Origin: Candidatus Saccharimonadota bacterium
Lineage (GTDB): Bacteria; Patescibacteriota; Saccharimonadia; Saccharimonadales; UBA10212
Assembly: GCA_022841445.1 (NCBI GenBank)
Contig: JALHRM010000006.1
Location: 1-61,336 of the forward strand
Length of the DNA: 61,336 nt
Direction of reading: 5' to 3'
Position 1 is the stretch's first letter; every line of letters begins with the position of its first letter. Shown piece after piece: positions 35,619 to 45,585 of the stretch. Made by a program: the position numbers and the translations under genes. The notes beneath the pieces were generated by a model, which had not been told where the DNA came from, did no database searches, and saw only the letters and a list, made by a program, of their open reading frames with translations.

Positions 35619-38447
35619 CTAAGAGCAGCCGGTGGTTGATCCACAGCTTGTGCAAACGTAGCAGCTCCCCGCTCGCTGCGTCTGGTTACCACAGTTATAG
35701 CACAGTGGTGCGGTGTCATCTTGCTTTGGTTTCTTGGCGACAGGTTTGGTGGCCGATGGTACTGCAGCAGCAACCGGTTGTGAGGCTGGCGGTGCTTCAG
35801 CGACTACTGGCGCTGACTCACTCACCCCCAGATCAGTTTTTTCACTGACCGTCGCTTCTTCCAGCAAACTCGTCTGGGTGTCAGGCATGTCGTCAAAATC
35901 AGCCAAGCCAAGTTCTAATCGATCATCAAAGCTAAGGTAGTCAAGTGCTAGTCGACGGAAGATGTAGTCAACAATAGAACTTGCCATTCGAATATCTGGG
36001 TCATCAGTGATACCGGATGGTGCAAAGCTGCGGCTCATGAGCGTTCGGACGTAACTCTTGAGCGGCACACCATAGTGCAAGCCATGACTGACCGAAATAG
36101 CGAACGAATCCATCAAACCAGACAGCGTTGAACCCTGTTTGGCGGCGCTAATGAACAGCTCACCAGGGCTACCATCTTCATACTCACCGACGGTAAAGAA
36201 GCCCTTTAAGTCCGCGATGCGGAATTCGTAGGTTTTAGAATTACGGCGTTTCGGTAGTTCGCGTTTAACAGCGCCCTTGACGATAAACGTATCAGTTGCG
36301 GCGGATGCGACTACAGCCGGAGCGGGTGTCACGGCAACATTGGTCGGCGCATCCTTGGTATCGCCCTCTTTCTTGGCCATACTTAGCGGCTGGGCAACCT
36401 TGCAATTGTCTCGGTAGATAGCAACGGCTTTAAGCCCCATCTTCCAGGAATCGATATGGATTTGCTCAACATCTTCAATGGTTGCTTCTTCGGGCATGTT
36501 GACCGTTTTACTAATCGCACCGGACAGAAACGGCTGAACAGCGGCCATCATCTTAACGTGACCAAGATAGTGGATGGCGTTATCACCCATAGAGCAAGCA
36601 AATACTGACTCATGCTCAGACTTAAGATGCGGCGCACCGAGAATGGTTTTTTCTTTATCGATATAGTCGATGATATCTTGTGCCTGAGCAGTGTTATAGC
36701 CAAGAGCTTTTAATGCACGAGGCACTGTCTGGTTAACAATAAACATCGTCCCACCGCCGACCAGTTTTTTGACTTTAGTAAGACCAAGGTCAGGTTCAAC
36801 TCCAGTCGTGTCACAGTCCATCATGAGGCCAATTGTGCCAGTTGGTGCCAAAACTGAAGCTTGGCTGTTTCTTACCCCATAGCGCTCGCCAAGCTCAACA
36901 GCTTCGTCCCAAGCCGATGCTGCGGCACTTAACAAATCTTCAGCAACATGTGATGCATTAATGTTGCCTACTTCATTACGGTGCATTCGAAGCACATGAT
37001 TCATACCCTCAGAATCTTTGTGATAACCGCTAAATGGTCCTACTCGGCGAGCAATCTTGGCACTTGTTGCGTATGCGTGACCAGTCATGAGCGCAGTAAT
37101 GGCGGCAGCTTGAGCTCGCCCTTCGTCAGAATCATAAGCCAGACCCTGAGCCATTAGCAAGGCACCTAAGTTAGCATACCCCATGCCGAGTTCGCGGTAA
37201 GCCCGAGCGTTCTTATCAATATTCTTTGTCGGGTATTCAGAATAACCGACCAGGATTTCCTGCGCTGTAAAAATGACTTCGACAGTGTGACGGAAGGCAT
37301 CAATATCAAAGCTAAAGTCATCGTTGAGATACTTGAGCAGGTTAATGGATGCCAGATTACAAGCAGAGTTATCAAGGTGCATATATTCACTGCAAGGGTT
37401 GCTGGCATTAATGCGGCCGGCGTTTGGTGTTGTATGCCACTTGTTGATGGTGGTGTCATACTGCATGCCGGGGTCGGCGCATTCCCACGCTGCCTCGGCA
37501 AACTGACGGAACAGTTCCCGTGCTCGGACGGTCTTGACCGGCTTACCGGTCTGGACTGCTACTAGGTTCCATTCTTCGTCATTTTCAACTGCCTGCATAA
37601 ATTCGTCGGTAACTCGCACTGAGTTATTGGCGTTTTGGTACTGCACGCTAAAGATGTCCTTGCCATCGAGGGTCATGTCAAAACCAGCTGCTTCTAGCAC
37701 CCGTGCTTTGCGCTCTTCAATAGCTTTTGCCCAGATAAATTCTTCAACATCCGGGTGGTCAACATCCAAAATTACCATCTTGGCCGCTCGACGTGTTTTA
37801 CCGCCAGACTTAATGGCACCGGCGCTGGAATCCGCGCCACGCATGAAGCTTAGTGGTCCAGAGGCCGTGCCACCACTACTACTTAAGCGCTCCTGCGAAC
37901 TGCGAATCGGGCTCAAGTTGACTCCGGAACCAGAACCACCCTTGAAGATCATTCCTTCTTCGTAGTACCAGTTAAGAATGGATGGCATACTGTCTTCGAT
38001 ACCAAGAATAAAGCAAGCACTAGCCTGCTGAGCACGACCGACAGCACCAATATTAAACCAGACTGGCGAGTTAAAAGCTGCCCGCTGGGTCGCCAGAATA
38101 TACTTTAGTTCTTCACGAAAATCTTCGGCTTCGAGCTTGCTGGCAAAATAATCTTCCTGCAGTCCATGTCGAGTGATAGTATCCGCAACGCGGTTAATAA
38201 GTGTTTTGAGTGAGGCTTCCCGTTCCGATGTTCCGGGCGTACCAGAAAAGTACTTCTGCGAAACAATGTTAATGGCATTAAGTGACCAGTTTTCTGGAAA
38301 TTCAACATCTTTTTGTTCAAACACGGCCTTACCGGTCATCGGATTAACCAGCGAACTATCCCTCTTAACCCATGTTAGTGAATCATACGCTTTGGATTTC
38401 GCTTTTGTGAAAAATCGACCGACCCCTAAACTAGTTACTTGTGCCAT
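35619..38447 (-). CDS. nrdJ: Ribonucleotide reductase, class II (adenosylcobalamin-dependent), long form with Cys-rich C-terminal tail
   Basis: Motifs FNSPVWFN, SACFIL, GGSGSGVNLSPIRSS, RRAAKMVILDVDHPDVEEFI, ASNPCSEYMHLDNSACNLASINL and C-terminal CYNCGNQTQRAGSCYVCTSCGSTTGCS. There is no R2 partner, and nrdR is immediately upstream. Confidence 0.85.
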   Translation of the reverse strand: MAQVTSLGVGRFFTKAKSKAYDSLTWVKRDSSLVNPMTGKAVFEQKDVEFPENWSLNAINIVSQKYFSGTPGTSEREASLKTLINRVADTITRHGLQEDYFASKLEAEDFREELKYILATQRAAFNSPVWFNIGAVGRAQQASACFILGIEDSMPSILNWYYEEGMIFKGGSGSGVNLSPIRSSQERLSSSGGTASGPLSFMRGADSSAGAIKSGGKTRRAAKMVILDVDHPDVEEFIWAKAIEERKARVLEAAGFDMTLDGKDIFSVQYQNANNSVRVTDEFMQAVENDEEWNLVAVQTGKPVKTVRARELFRQFAEAAWECADPGMQYDTTINKWHTTPNAGRINASNPCSEYMHLDNSACNLASINLLKYLNDDFSFDIDAFRHTVEVIFTAQEILVGYSEYPTKNIDKNARAYRELGMGYANLGALLMAQGLAYDSDEGRAQAAAITALMTGHAYATSAKIARRVGPFSGYHKDSEGMNHVLRMHRNEVGNINASHVAEDLLSAAASAWDEAVELGERYGVRNSQASVLAPTGTIGLMMDCDTTGVEPDLGLTKVKKLVGGGTMFIVNQTVPRALKALGYNTAQAQDIIDYIDKEKTILGAPHLKSEHESVFACSMGDNAIHYLGHVKMMAAVQPFLSGAISKTVNMPEEATIEDVEQIHIDSWKMGLKAVAIYRDNCKVAQPLSMAKKEGDTKDAPTNVAVTPAPAVVASAATDTFIVKGAVKRELPKRRNSKTYEFRIADLKGFFTVGEYEDGSPGELFISAAKQGSTLSGLMDSFAISVSHGLHYGVPLKSYVRTLMSRSFAPSGITDDPDIRMASSIVDYIFRRLALDYLSFDDRLELGLADFDDMPDTQTSLLEEATVSEKTDLGVSESAPVVAEAPPASQPVAAAVPSATKPVAKKPKQDDTAPLCYNCGNQTQRAGSCYVCTSCGSTTGCS

Positions 38448-38586
38448 CCCTCTTACTCCCCTCGCTTCTTTGTTAGAGCTTTAAGCTTCGCACAACCACC
38501 GTGCGAGACTTTTGTTAATTTTGAAATTTTTATTTATGAAGCTTTAACCAGCTATTTTTGCTGATCACTCCCAACGAGACATTTTT

Positions 38587-38615
38587 ATAGTACGCCTCTA
38601 CGCTGCCTTTGGCAA
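38587..38615 (-). promoter_or_regulatory. Candidate sigma70-type promoter for nrdJ
   Basis: The minus strand reads TTGCCA-N17-TACTAT(AAAAA), about 140 nt upstream of the nrdJ ATG. This is a sequence match only. Confidence 0.35.
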
Positions 38616-38630
38616 CGATATCTATGATCT

Positions 38631-39095
38631 TTATTTAGGGTCTTTTCGTTGGCGGATCTTACTAAGTTCCCGCTCAAAACTAGCGATATTCTTAAAGCTG
38701 CGATACACACTGGCGAAGCGCACGTAGGCAACTTCGTTTAGCCGGGGCAAGCGGTCCATAACCATCTCGCCAATATCAGTCGATGATACTTCTGGCTCAC
38801 CTAACGAATACAGTTCACGCTCAATGTCAGCTACAAAAGCTTCTAGCTGCATGTTCGTAACAGGTGTTTTTTCGGTAGCTCGCTGCAGTCCGCCGAGCAG
38901 TTTTTCACGGTTGAACAACTGCCTAATACCGTTGCGCTTTACGATGACTAAGTTTGGTCGTTCGATTCGTTCGTACGTCGTAAATCGATGTTGGCATTTT
39001 AGGCATTCTCGGCGACGACGTATTGCTTCACCTTCGGCGACATCACGCGACTCGATTACCTTACTCTCTTGTGATTGACAGTGGTGACACTTCAT
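38631..39095 (-). CDS. nrdR: Transcriptional repressor NrdR (Zn ribbon + ATP-cone)
   Basis: MKCHHCQSQESKVIESRDVAEGEAIRRRRECLKCQHRFTTYERIE is the canonical NrdR N-terminus. An ATP-cone follows; 154 aa. Confidence 0.9.
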   Translation of the reverse strand: MKCHHCQSQESKVIESRDVAEGEAIRRRRECLKCQHRFTTYERIERPNLVIVKRNGIRQLFNREKLLGGLQRATEKTPVTNMQLEAFVADIERELYSLGEPEVSSTDIGEMVMDRLPRLNEVAYVRFASVYRSFKNIASFERELSKIRQRKDPK

Positions 39096-39136
39096 CGTTA
39101 TATCTTTAACCCTCTGTTTTTATTTAAGGTACCTAA

Positions 39137-39192
39137 CCCCATATATAGTGGTTGTAGCATTTATAGTACCCCCACCATTAGCGCTTATGCAA
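39137..39192 (-). promoter_or_regulatory. Candidate nrdR promoter with an NrdR-box-like AT palindrome just downstream of the -10
   Basis: The minus strand reads TTGCAT-N18-TACTAT(AAAT), followed by CCACTATATATGGGG. The right half ATATAGTGG fits the NrdR-box consensus I recall (acaCwAtATaTwGtgt). The left half is one base short. Confidence 0.3.
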
Positions 39193-39240
39193 GTGCAATT
39201 TTGGTGTATTAAATACACGCATATGTTCCAGTTACCGATG

Positions 39241-40593
39241 TTATTTCTTATCTTCCTTGGGAGAAGATTTATCGTCGCCTTCAGTCGCTCGGCGAGTCAA
39301 ACGGCGCAGGAACGACGGCTTTTCCAGCTCATCTTCAAGTTCGGATTGATCAACCGGGGAATCATCACTGCGTAATAACGATGCAGACGGCTGCGGCACT
39401 TCTGGAATTAGAGTCTCTGCTTCGATCTTGTGGTCGTCAGGCAAAGCCCAGATGTTCGCCGGTTCGTGATCTGATGTAAAGTCAGTGACCGGGTTTTCTG
39501 ATTTATCTTCTAAATTCATATCGATACCCTTCATGGCAGTATCATCCATGCGTCCAATAGAAGGCGTTTCATGCAAACCTGCTGAACCTGACGATCCAGT
39601 GCCCACGTCGTCCAGAGCCGCATTGCGATTAGCAAAATACGCCGAATCAAAACCAGTAGCGACGACAGTCACGATTAGCTCGCCTTCCAGATCACTATTA
39701 ATAGTCGCGCCAAAAATAATATTGGCTTCGGGGTCGGCTGCTGCGGTAATAGTCTCGGCCACGGTATTAATTTCGTGCATGGCCATGTCAGACCCACCGA
39801 TAACGTTAAACAATATGCCACGAGCGCCATCAATCGATACTTCAAGAAGCGGTGAGCTAATGGCTTGCTGGGCAGCTTCGACGGCACGGTTTTCACCAGA
39901 TGCCCGACCGATACCCATTAAAGCCGAACCGGCGTTCTTCATGACAGCCTTTACATCAGCAAAATCGAGGTTAATTAGTCCGTGAACGGTAATCAAATCA
40001 GAAATACCCTGCACACCTTGGCGCAACACGTCATCAGCTACCTTGAAAGCTTCTACTAGTGGCGTACGGCGATCAATAGTCTGAAGCAGTTTGTCGTTAG
40101 GCACAGTAATAAGTGTGTCGACTTTTCGTCGCAAATTCTCGATGGCGGCTTCGGCATTGCGACGGCGCTTTTCACCCTCAAAGGCAAACGGCCGAGTGGC
40201 AAACCCAACTACCAATGCACCAGCATCTTGTGCCAGCCCGGCAACCACGTGTCCGGCGCCCGAACCCGTGCCACCACCCGCACCAATCGTAATAAACACC
40301 ATGTCAGCTCCCGCCATAGCGGTAACCAGTTCTTCGCGCGATTCTTCAGCCGCTTTTTGGCCAACACCTGGGTCAGCTCCGGCGCCAAGTCCCCTGGTAG
40401 CTTCGCGGCCAATATGTATCTTGGTATGGGCTTTGCTGTGATGTAGTGCCTGAGCGTCAGTGTTAACGGCAATAAAATCTACACCTTCGACTCCGGCTTC
40501 TACCATGCGGTTAATCGCCGCACAGCCTGCCCCACCAACACCGATAACTTTAATACGGGCAAACGTTTCAATGGCCGGATCAACTTGTGGCAT
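39241..40593 (-). CDS. ftsZ: Cell division GTPase FtsZ
   Basis: [17 protein letters not shown], tubulin signature [13 protein letters not shown], and NTDAQAL. A long acidic C-terminal linker ends in a basic tail; 450 aa. Confidence 0.95.
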   Translation of the reverse strand: MPQVDPAIETFARIKVIGVGGAGCAAINRMVEAGVEGVDFIAVNTDAQALHHSKAHTKIHIGREATRGLGAGADPGVGQKAAEESREELVTAMAGADMVFITIGAGGGTGSGAGHVVAGLAQDAGALVVGFATRPFAFEGEKRRRNAEAAIENLRRKVDTLITVPNDKLLQTIDRRTPLVEAFKVADDVLRQGVQGISDLITVHGLINLDFADVKAVMKNAGSALMGIGRASGENRAVEAAQQAISSPLLEVSIDGARGILFNVIGGSDMAMHEINTVAETITAAADPEANIIFGATINSDLEGELIVTVVATGFDSAYFANRNAALDDVGTGSSGSAGLHETPSIGRMDDTAMKGIDMNLEDKSENPVTDFTSDHEPANIWALPDDHKIEAETLIPEVPQPSASLLRSDDSPVDQSELEDELEKPSFLRRLTRRATEGDDKSSPKEDKK

Positions 40594-40732
40594 GAATTTT
40601 CGTTCCTCTCATAAACTAACAATTAAGCACCTAAGCTACACCATATTATAGATGCTTTGCAGGGTTGAATGCAATTACTACTCAACCAAAATTACTAATA
40701 CGAACTTTGAGCAGAAAAAATATACAAACTGC

Positions 40733-41962
40733 TTATTTTTTTATTCGTTTCAAAATACTGCTCGCAGATCCTTTAAGGGTCTGCATAAAACCAGGCTGCA
40801 CGTCGTCATAAACTGCAGCCGGACCAAGCAGCATGTCAAGCAGCATAAGCCCAACAGCCGTAGCATAGCGAGGACCTTTAATGTTATCAACGACAATTGG
40901 CAATGATTCCCATTTCCCAAGTCGTACAGGTAACTGTAGCTCTTCTTTGGCAAAGTCGATCAAACCAGGCAACTGTGAACCGCCACCAACCAATACTACC
41001 CCGCCGGGCAATTTCTTGGATCGATGTATTCTCTTTAACTCTTTATCGATAAATTCAAAAAGCTCTTCCATGCGGGCAGACACAATCATACGCATCAGGC
41101 TACGGTCAAAGTGGTATTGCTGCCCGTCTTTTACGAGGGATGTTTCACCATCCGCTTTGGCGTGCAGCGTAGCATGCTTGATCTTTACCATTTCAGCAAT
41201 TTCAAGCTCAGTCTTGAGCCCAATAGCCAAGTCGTTCGTGACGTGCATACCACCCATTGGAATAACCGCAACGTGTTCGACTTCGCCGTCTTCGATAACT
41301 GTTAAATTGGTTGTTCCGGCGCCAATGTCTACAACTAACGCCCCCGATTCTTTTTGTTTACGGTCGAGTACCGCTTCTGCGGCAGCCAGCCCAGATACTG
41401 TGCGGTGTGACGGCCTGACTTCCGCTCGCTCCAACACTTGTTCAAGGTTCTTTAGTGCCGGTGTTGCGGCTAGAACAATGTGCGTATCAACTTCCAGCCG
41501 AACGCCATGCATCCCAACTGGATCCTTAATATTATCCTGCCCGTCGACGCGGTAATTTTTGGCAAATACCTGAATGATGTCTTTGTTAGCTGGAAGTTGG
41601 ACGATAGTTGCTGCTTCTTCAACTCGAGCTCGGTCATCAACAGATATTTCGCGGTTAGCCGAACTAATTGCGATAACGCCCTTGCTGTTTAAGCCCTGTA
41701 CATGGCTACCGTTAACGTTAATGGTTGCTGACTTAATGGTGCGGCCACTAGTACGTTCGGCTTCGTTAACTGCCGACACGAGTGCCTGGACGATCTCTTC
41801 GGCGTGAGCAACGTTTCCCTTGCGCATGCCGCTGTTTTCGACTTCTGAAAATCCTATAATACTTGGCTGGGTGGCATCACCAGCCATTTCGCCCACCACG
41901 CAGCGTACAGCCGTCGTACCAATATCGACGCCAACAAAGAAAGGAATGCTCGGTTCCTGCAT
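40733..41962 (-). CDS. ftsA: Cell division protein FtsA (actin-like ATPase)
   Basis: FVGVDIGTTAVRCVVGE, VVDIGAGTTNLTVIEDG and GGVVLVGGGSQLPGL. The track ORF starts at 42025, but the ATG at 41962 (MQEPSIPFFVGVDIGT) gives the usual short N-terminus, so the start is uncertain. Confidence 0.85.
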   Translation of the reverse strand: MQEPSIPFFVGVDIGTTAVRCVVGEMAGDATQPSIIGFSEVENSGMRKGNVAHAEEIVQALVSAVNEAERTSGRTIKSATINVNGSHVQGLNSKGVIAISSANREISVDDRARVEEAATIVQLPANKDIIQVFAKNYRVDGQDNIKDPVGMHGVRLEVDTHIVLAATPALKNLEQVLERAEVRPSHRTVSGLAAAEAVLDRKQKESGALVVDIGAGTTNLTVIEDGEVEHVAVIPMGGMHVTNDLAIGLKTELEIAEMVKIKHATLHAKADGETSLVKDGQQYHFDRSLMRMIVSARMEELFEFIDKELKRIHRSKKLPGGVVLVGGGSQLPGLIDFAKEELQLPVRLGKWESLPIVVDNIKGPRYATAVGLMLLDMLLGPAAVYDDVQPGFMQTLKGSASSILKRIKK

Positions 41963-42063
41963 GAGCGTCAGTATAGCACAAACTTGTTGATCGGACTGTT
42001 CTAAAAAAGAACATTGCATACCCACTTATTTACTAAACTTTATAAAGGTTGTATAATTACTTT

Positions 42064-42420
42064 ATGTTAAAAATTAGAGAAATCGCCCGCTCTCCACTAA
42101 CGTATGCCGGAGGTACACTTCTTGCGGCAGCAACGACCGCAAATTTATATATGAATACCGGCAAGGAAAGTTTGGAGCGTGCTGTTGATTGCGGCACACC
42201 TGAACTACAGCGCATCGGCGGACAAATCTGTCGGAATGCTTCAAGCGAATTTATGATAGACAGCAGCGCTACTCTTGCAGGCATGGCAGCGACGGGTGCG
42301 CTTATCGTAGCGACAGCCATCACAGGCTCTAGGTCTCTAAGACGACGCGTTCTTGAAAATGAAGAAAGAATCCAGGCCGCTATTACTCCCACCGACCAGC
42401 AGTCAGCTATAAGCTTGTAA
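42064..42420 (+). CDS. Hypothetical small membrane protein, possibly leaderless
   Basis: A TATAAT at 42052-42057 lies 6 nt before the ATG at 42064. The product MLKIREIARSPLTYAGGTLLAAATTANLYM...ATLAGMAATGALIVATAITG has two hydrophobic segments. An equally long antisense ORF (42057..42392) makes the call uncertain. Confidence 0.4.
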   Translation: MLKIREIARSPLTYAGGTLLAAATTANLYMNTGKESLERAVDCGTPELQRIGGQICRNASSEFMIDSSATLAGMAATGALIVATAITGSRSLRRRVLENEERIQAAITPTDQQSAISL

Positions 42421-42468
42421 GAACCTCGGTATCTTTAATGACTGGCATGGTAGAGTTGCGACGAAGTG

Positions 42469-43335
42469 TTAAGCTGCTAGCACACGCTCCACCTGACTAA
42501 TAATGTCAGTATTCGAACCTACTCGTCTATCAAGTGATACTGCACCATTGGAGTGCGCATGGACATAAAAAGAATCCGCGTTAACCTCAAGTACTAGTCC
42601 GTCACCATATAATCCACTCCAGATACTCCCCTTAACCACATTGGCTAGGGAAAGTAAGTCTGATGCAGTAGCACTGAAATGAATTTCTGGCTTGAGCAAT
42701 TCACCTCCTGAGCCACCGTCATCTTCACTCTCGATAGTAATTGCTACTCGCTGCATAGGTCTACTAACCCCTAACGCTCGTCTAACTATAGGACGTTGTC
42801 TATCAGTTAATTCACTGCTATACACATAGAAGTTATGAAAACCACTTCTGCCTTGATATGGGTATACTTCTGATTTCATATTTTCAGGGTCGCAACTCGC
42901 TGAGAAAGCCTCCAATGACCCGCCAAGAGCAGTAAAACCAGCACCTAGTGTAGCAAGATAGTATGGTCGTGCACGTTCAGCCATGTGACTTACAAGACCG
43001 TCATACTCGGTGCCGACTGATCGTAGCTTTTCACCAGTTTCCTCTGCAAATGTTGCCTCACCATTTAGATCACGATCAAAAGGAACATCTCCAGAAACAA
43101 ACGATTCCGCTATATCCAAGCCTACATTTCCTTGCACTAGACCAGCGACAGTTAGAACTTTACCAATATTACGACAGTGTGCCGGCAAGTCTTCCGGCTT
43201 TCTAAGTGAATACTCCGCCTGGTCAGTGCCTGGCAGTGCTCGAACAAATTCAGCAACATCATCTTTTAGATGAACTACTAGGCCGGGGTAAGCCGGATGA
43301 CACTCTGTAATATTTACAGATCCCAAAGTCGTCAT
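42469..43335 (-). CDS. Hypothetical protein (288 aa), no recognisable motif
   Basis: Long ORF co-oriented with its neighbours, cytoplasmic-looking and acidic. No family recognised by eye. Confidence 0.6.
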   Translation of the reverse strand: MTTLGSVNITECHPAYPGLVVHLKDDVAEFVRALPGTDQAEYSLRKPEDLPAHCRNIGKVLTVAGLVQGNVGLDIAESFVSGDVPFDRDLNGEATFAEETGEKLRSVGTEYDGLVSHMAERARPYYLATLGAGFTALGGSLEAFSASCDPENMKSEVYPYQGRSGFHNFYVYSSELTDRQRPIVRRALGVSRPMQRVAITIESEDDGGSGGELLKPEIHFSATASDLLSLANVVKGSIWSGLYGDGLVLEVNADSFYVHAHSNGAVSLDRRVGSNTDIISQVERVLAA

Positions 43336-43423
43336 ATAGACACTCCAATAATATTTATAATTGTAGTACTATTTGGCGCAATAGACAAATATACTTTTAA
43401 AAAGTATAAATCCGTGTACGCCT

Positions 43424-44182
43424 TTATGAGGTTAGTATTTCAGCACCGTCTTTATTGATAAGCACAGTGTGCTCGAAGTGTGCGGCCAATGAGCTATCAC
43501 GTGTCACCACCGTCCAATCATCAGGGAGTATGTTGACATGCCAGTCACCTAGTGTGGCCATCGGCTCTACCGCAATAGTCAACCCAGACGGCAAAGAAAC
43601 GCCTTGGTTGGGTAGTCCATAGTTCGGCACATTTGGGTCTTCGTGCACACTGTAACCAACACCGTGACCAACCAAATCACGAACAATCCCTAGCCCTGCC
43701 TTATCTAATACTGCCTGCACCGCTGCGCCTATCTCGCCCGTTTTCGTCCCGGCTCCGTGGATGGCATCAATCCCGGCATGAAGCGCCCGCTTAGTATGCT
43801 CCATCAACTTCTGAACATTTTTTGGGGCAGTAGCGATATCACCTACATAATACGTTCTTGCACTATCAACCACCATCTGCTCGTACCAGATTGTCAGATC
43901 AACACTCACCAAATCGCCTTGCTTGATAATCCGCTTCGGCGATGGAATTCCGTGAACAACCTCTTCATTGATAGAGATGCAGAGATATTCCGGGAACCCT
44001 TCGTAGCCGATGACTGCCGACCGACCGCCCTTTTGTTCGATTAGAATATTAATCTCATCGGCAAGTTTTTTTGTTGATTTTCCAGCGCTTACCAGATCAG
44101 ACACCTGCTCAAAAACTTCTGCCAGGACGCGCCCGCCGCGCCGCATAGCCTCTATTTCAGCTTCAGTCTTTGGCTTCATCAT
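43424..44182 (-). CDS. map: Methionine aminopeptidase type I
   Basis: EEVVHGIP, the metal ligands DLVSVDLT..DSARTY, GHGVGYSVHEDP, IAVEPM and FEHTVLI; 252 aa. Confidence 0.9.
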   Translation of the reverse strand: MMKPKTEAEIEAMRRGGRVLAEVFEQVSDLVSAGKSTKKLADEINILIEQKGGRSAVIGYEGFPEYLCISINEEVVHGIPSPKRIIKQGDLVSVDLTIWYEQMVVDSARTYYVGDIATAPKNVQKLMEHTKRALHAGIDAIHGAGTKTGEIGAAVQAVLDKAGLGIVRDLVGHGVGYSVHEDPNVPNYGLPNQGVSLPSGLTIAVEPMATLGDWHVNILPDDWTVVTRDSSLAAHFEHTVLINKDGAEILTS

Positions 44183-44279
44183 ACCTATCCTAGCCTATCT
44201 TCTGATGAAAAACGAGGTACATGCCCATCAAGGTTATCCGCAGCCAGACCCAGTCTGGTGAGGACTCTAACCGAGACGG

Positions 44280-44831
44280 TCATGTGCTGCTTATTTTTTC
44301 ACTCACCGCTTCCCAAACTCGCCGATGAATTTCTTCTGGTGTGCCTTCCCCATCGATATTGCAAACTGGGTAGCCTTTTTCTTCCATAAACTTCAGTAGC
44401 GGTGCGGTCTTTTGTTCATATTCGTTGAAGCGAATCTTGATCGTTTCTTCTGCGTCATCAGAACGCCCCCTGGATAGTAGCCGTTCCATAACGGTTTCAA
44501 GTGACAGATGTAAGTAGATAACCGCCGTTAGCTTGGCTGAACCGCTTTTTACCTTGGCATCGAGCCACTCTGCCTGCGGAACAGTCCGCGGAAATCCATC
44601 CAGTACAAACTCTTTGCTTGAAGCGTCAATCTCAGCAAACTCGCCTTCGAGTAGCTTGTACATTTCCTCATCAGGAAATAGCTTGCCCGAATCAAGAATC
44701 GCCTGCTGGCGCTCATCTGCACGTGTCCGCAAAATGTTGCCAGTACTAATCCATGGGCCACCAAGCTTTTCGGCCAACATCTGACCCTGGACGGACTTTC
44801 CCGCCCCGACAACGCCCATGAATACGACCAT
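44280..44831 (-). CDS. adk: Adenylate kinase (short-LID form)
   Basis: P-loop GVVGAGKSVQG, LDGFPRTVPQAEWL, and the short LID SRGRSDDAEETIKIRF. It sits directly upstream of map, as in the secY-adk-map arrangement. Confidence 0.8.
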   Translation of the reverse strand: MVVFMGVVGAGKSVQGQMLAEKLGGPWISTGNILRTRADERQQAILDSGKLFPDEEMYKLLEGEFAEIDASSKEFVLDGFPRTVPQAEWLDAKVKSGSAKLTAVIYLHLSLETVMERLLSRGRSDDAEETIKIRFNEYEQKTAPLLKFMEEKGYPVCNIDGEGTPEEIHRRVWEAVSEKISST

Positions 44832-44833
44832 CT

Positions 44834-45295
44834 CTAGCTGGCTCCTAGCTTCTCTTTTACAAGTTTTGCGGTGAGCGCGCCGTCCGCCGTGCCACTACTA
44901 GCCACTTTTACTGCTCCAATCACTTTACCCATGTCCTGCACAGTACTGGCCCCAACAAGTGTAATTTGCTCGTCAATCAGCGTCGACAAATCTTCTTCAC
45001 TCATAGCGGCGGGCAGGAACGTTTCAATCAATGCTTTTTCAGATGATTCTTTAGCAGCTCGCTCTGTTTCGCCGGCTTTTTCGTATAAATCCGCCGATTC
45101 CGCGCGCTTTTTAGCTTCACGCCGAAGCACTGCCTGAATTTGCTCTTCATCCAAGCCCTGCTCGCGCTGACCTTTCTGGACTTCTTCATACAAAATAGCA
45201 CTCTTCAGACCTTTGAGTGTATCAACGACTTCCGTTTCACGAGCAAGCATAGCCACTTTAAGGGCTTTATCAATATCTTCCTTGAGCATTAACAA
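44834..45295 (-). CDS. GatB/YqeY-domain protein
   Basis: MLKEDIDKALKVAMLARETEVVDTLKGLKSAILYEEV...EKALIETFLP...VIGAVK follows the YqeY family pattern; 153 aa. Confidence 0.8.
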   Translation of the reverse strand: MLMLKEDIDKALKVAMLARETEVVDTLKGLKSAILYEEVQKGQREQGLDEEQIQAVLRREAKKRAESADLYEKAGETERAAKESSEKALIETFLPAAMSEEDLSTLIDEQITLVGASTVQDMGKVIGAVKVASSGTADGALTAKLVKEKLGAS

Positions 45296-45311
45296 ACTCC
45301 TCGAGGTTAGA

Positions 45312-45527
45312 TTACTTTAAACCTAGTCGGGTGCGCTTCATCTTGATAAGCTTTCGCTCACGTCGAACGATAGCTTTGGCACGTCGGTCTCGCTTACTCA
45401 TAGGCTTTTCAAAATACTGGTTCTGTTTAGCGGCGACAATAACGCCTGACTGCTGTACTTTGCGACTAAATCGGCGCAAAAGGTTTTCTACGGACTCTTT
45501 AGAGTCTTTACGTGTGACTTGAATCAT
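45312..45527 (-). CDS. rpsU: 30S ribosomal protein S21
   Basis: MIQVTRKDSKESVENLLRRFSRKVQQSGV...YFEKPMSKRDRRAKAIVRRERK follows the S21 pattern; 71 aa. Confidence 0.85.
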   Translation of the reverse strand: MIQVTRKDSKESVENLLRRFSRKVQQSGVIVAAKQNQYFEKPMSKRDRRAKAIVRRERKLIKMKRTRLGLK

Positions 45528-45585
45528 ATAAACTCTATTCTACCGAAGTTAATAAATTTTTACAAGCTGATTTACTTAGCCCTAC

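Noticed and set aside
35543-35773. N-terminal 77 codons of track ORF 35099..35773
   Set aside because: This part overlaps the nrdJ 3' end and spans the strong nrdJ terminator. An internal ATG at 35542 gives a sensible start, so only 35099..35542 was kept.
42057-42392. 111-aa minus-strand ORF co-oriented with the surrounding genes
   Set aside because: The product is Arg/Ser/Ala-rich with no hydrophobic core pattern. The superimposed plus-strand ORF has TM segments and a well-placed -10 box. Neither call is secure.
43336-43423. AT-only hairpin UAUACUUUU/AAAAGUAUA downstream of map as a terminator
   Set aside because: The stem has no G-C pairs and no clean U-tract follows it. This is too weak to call.
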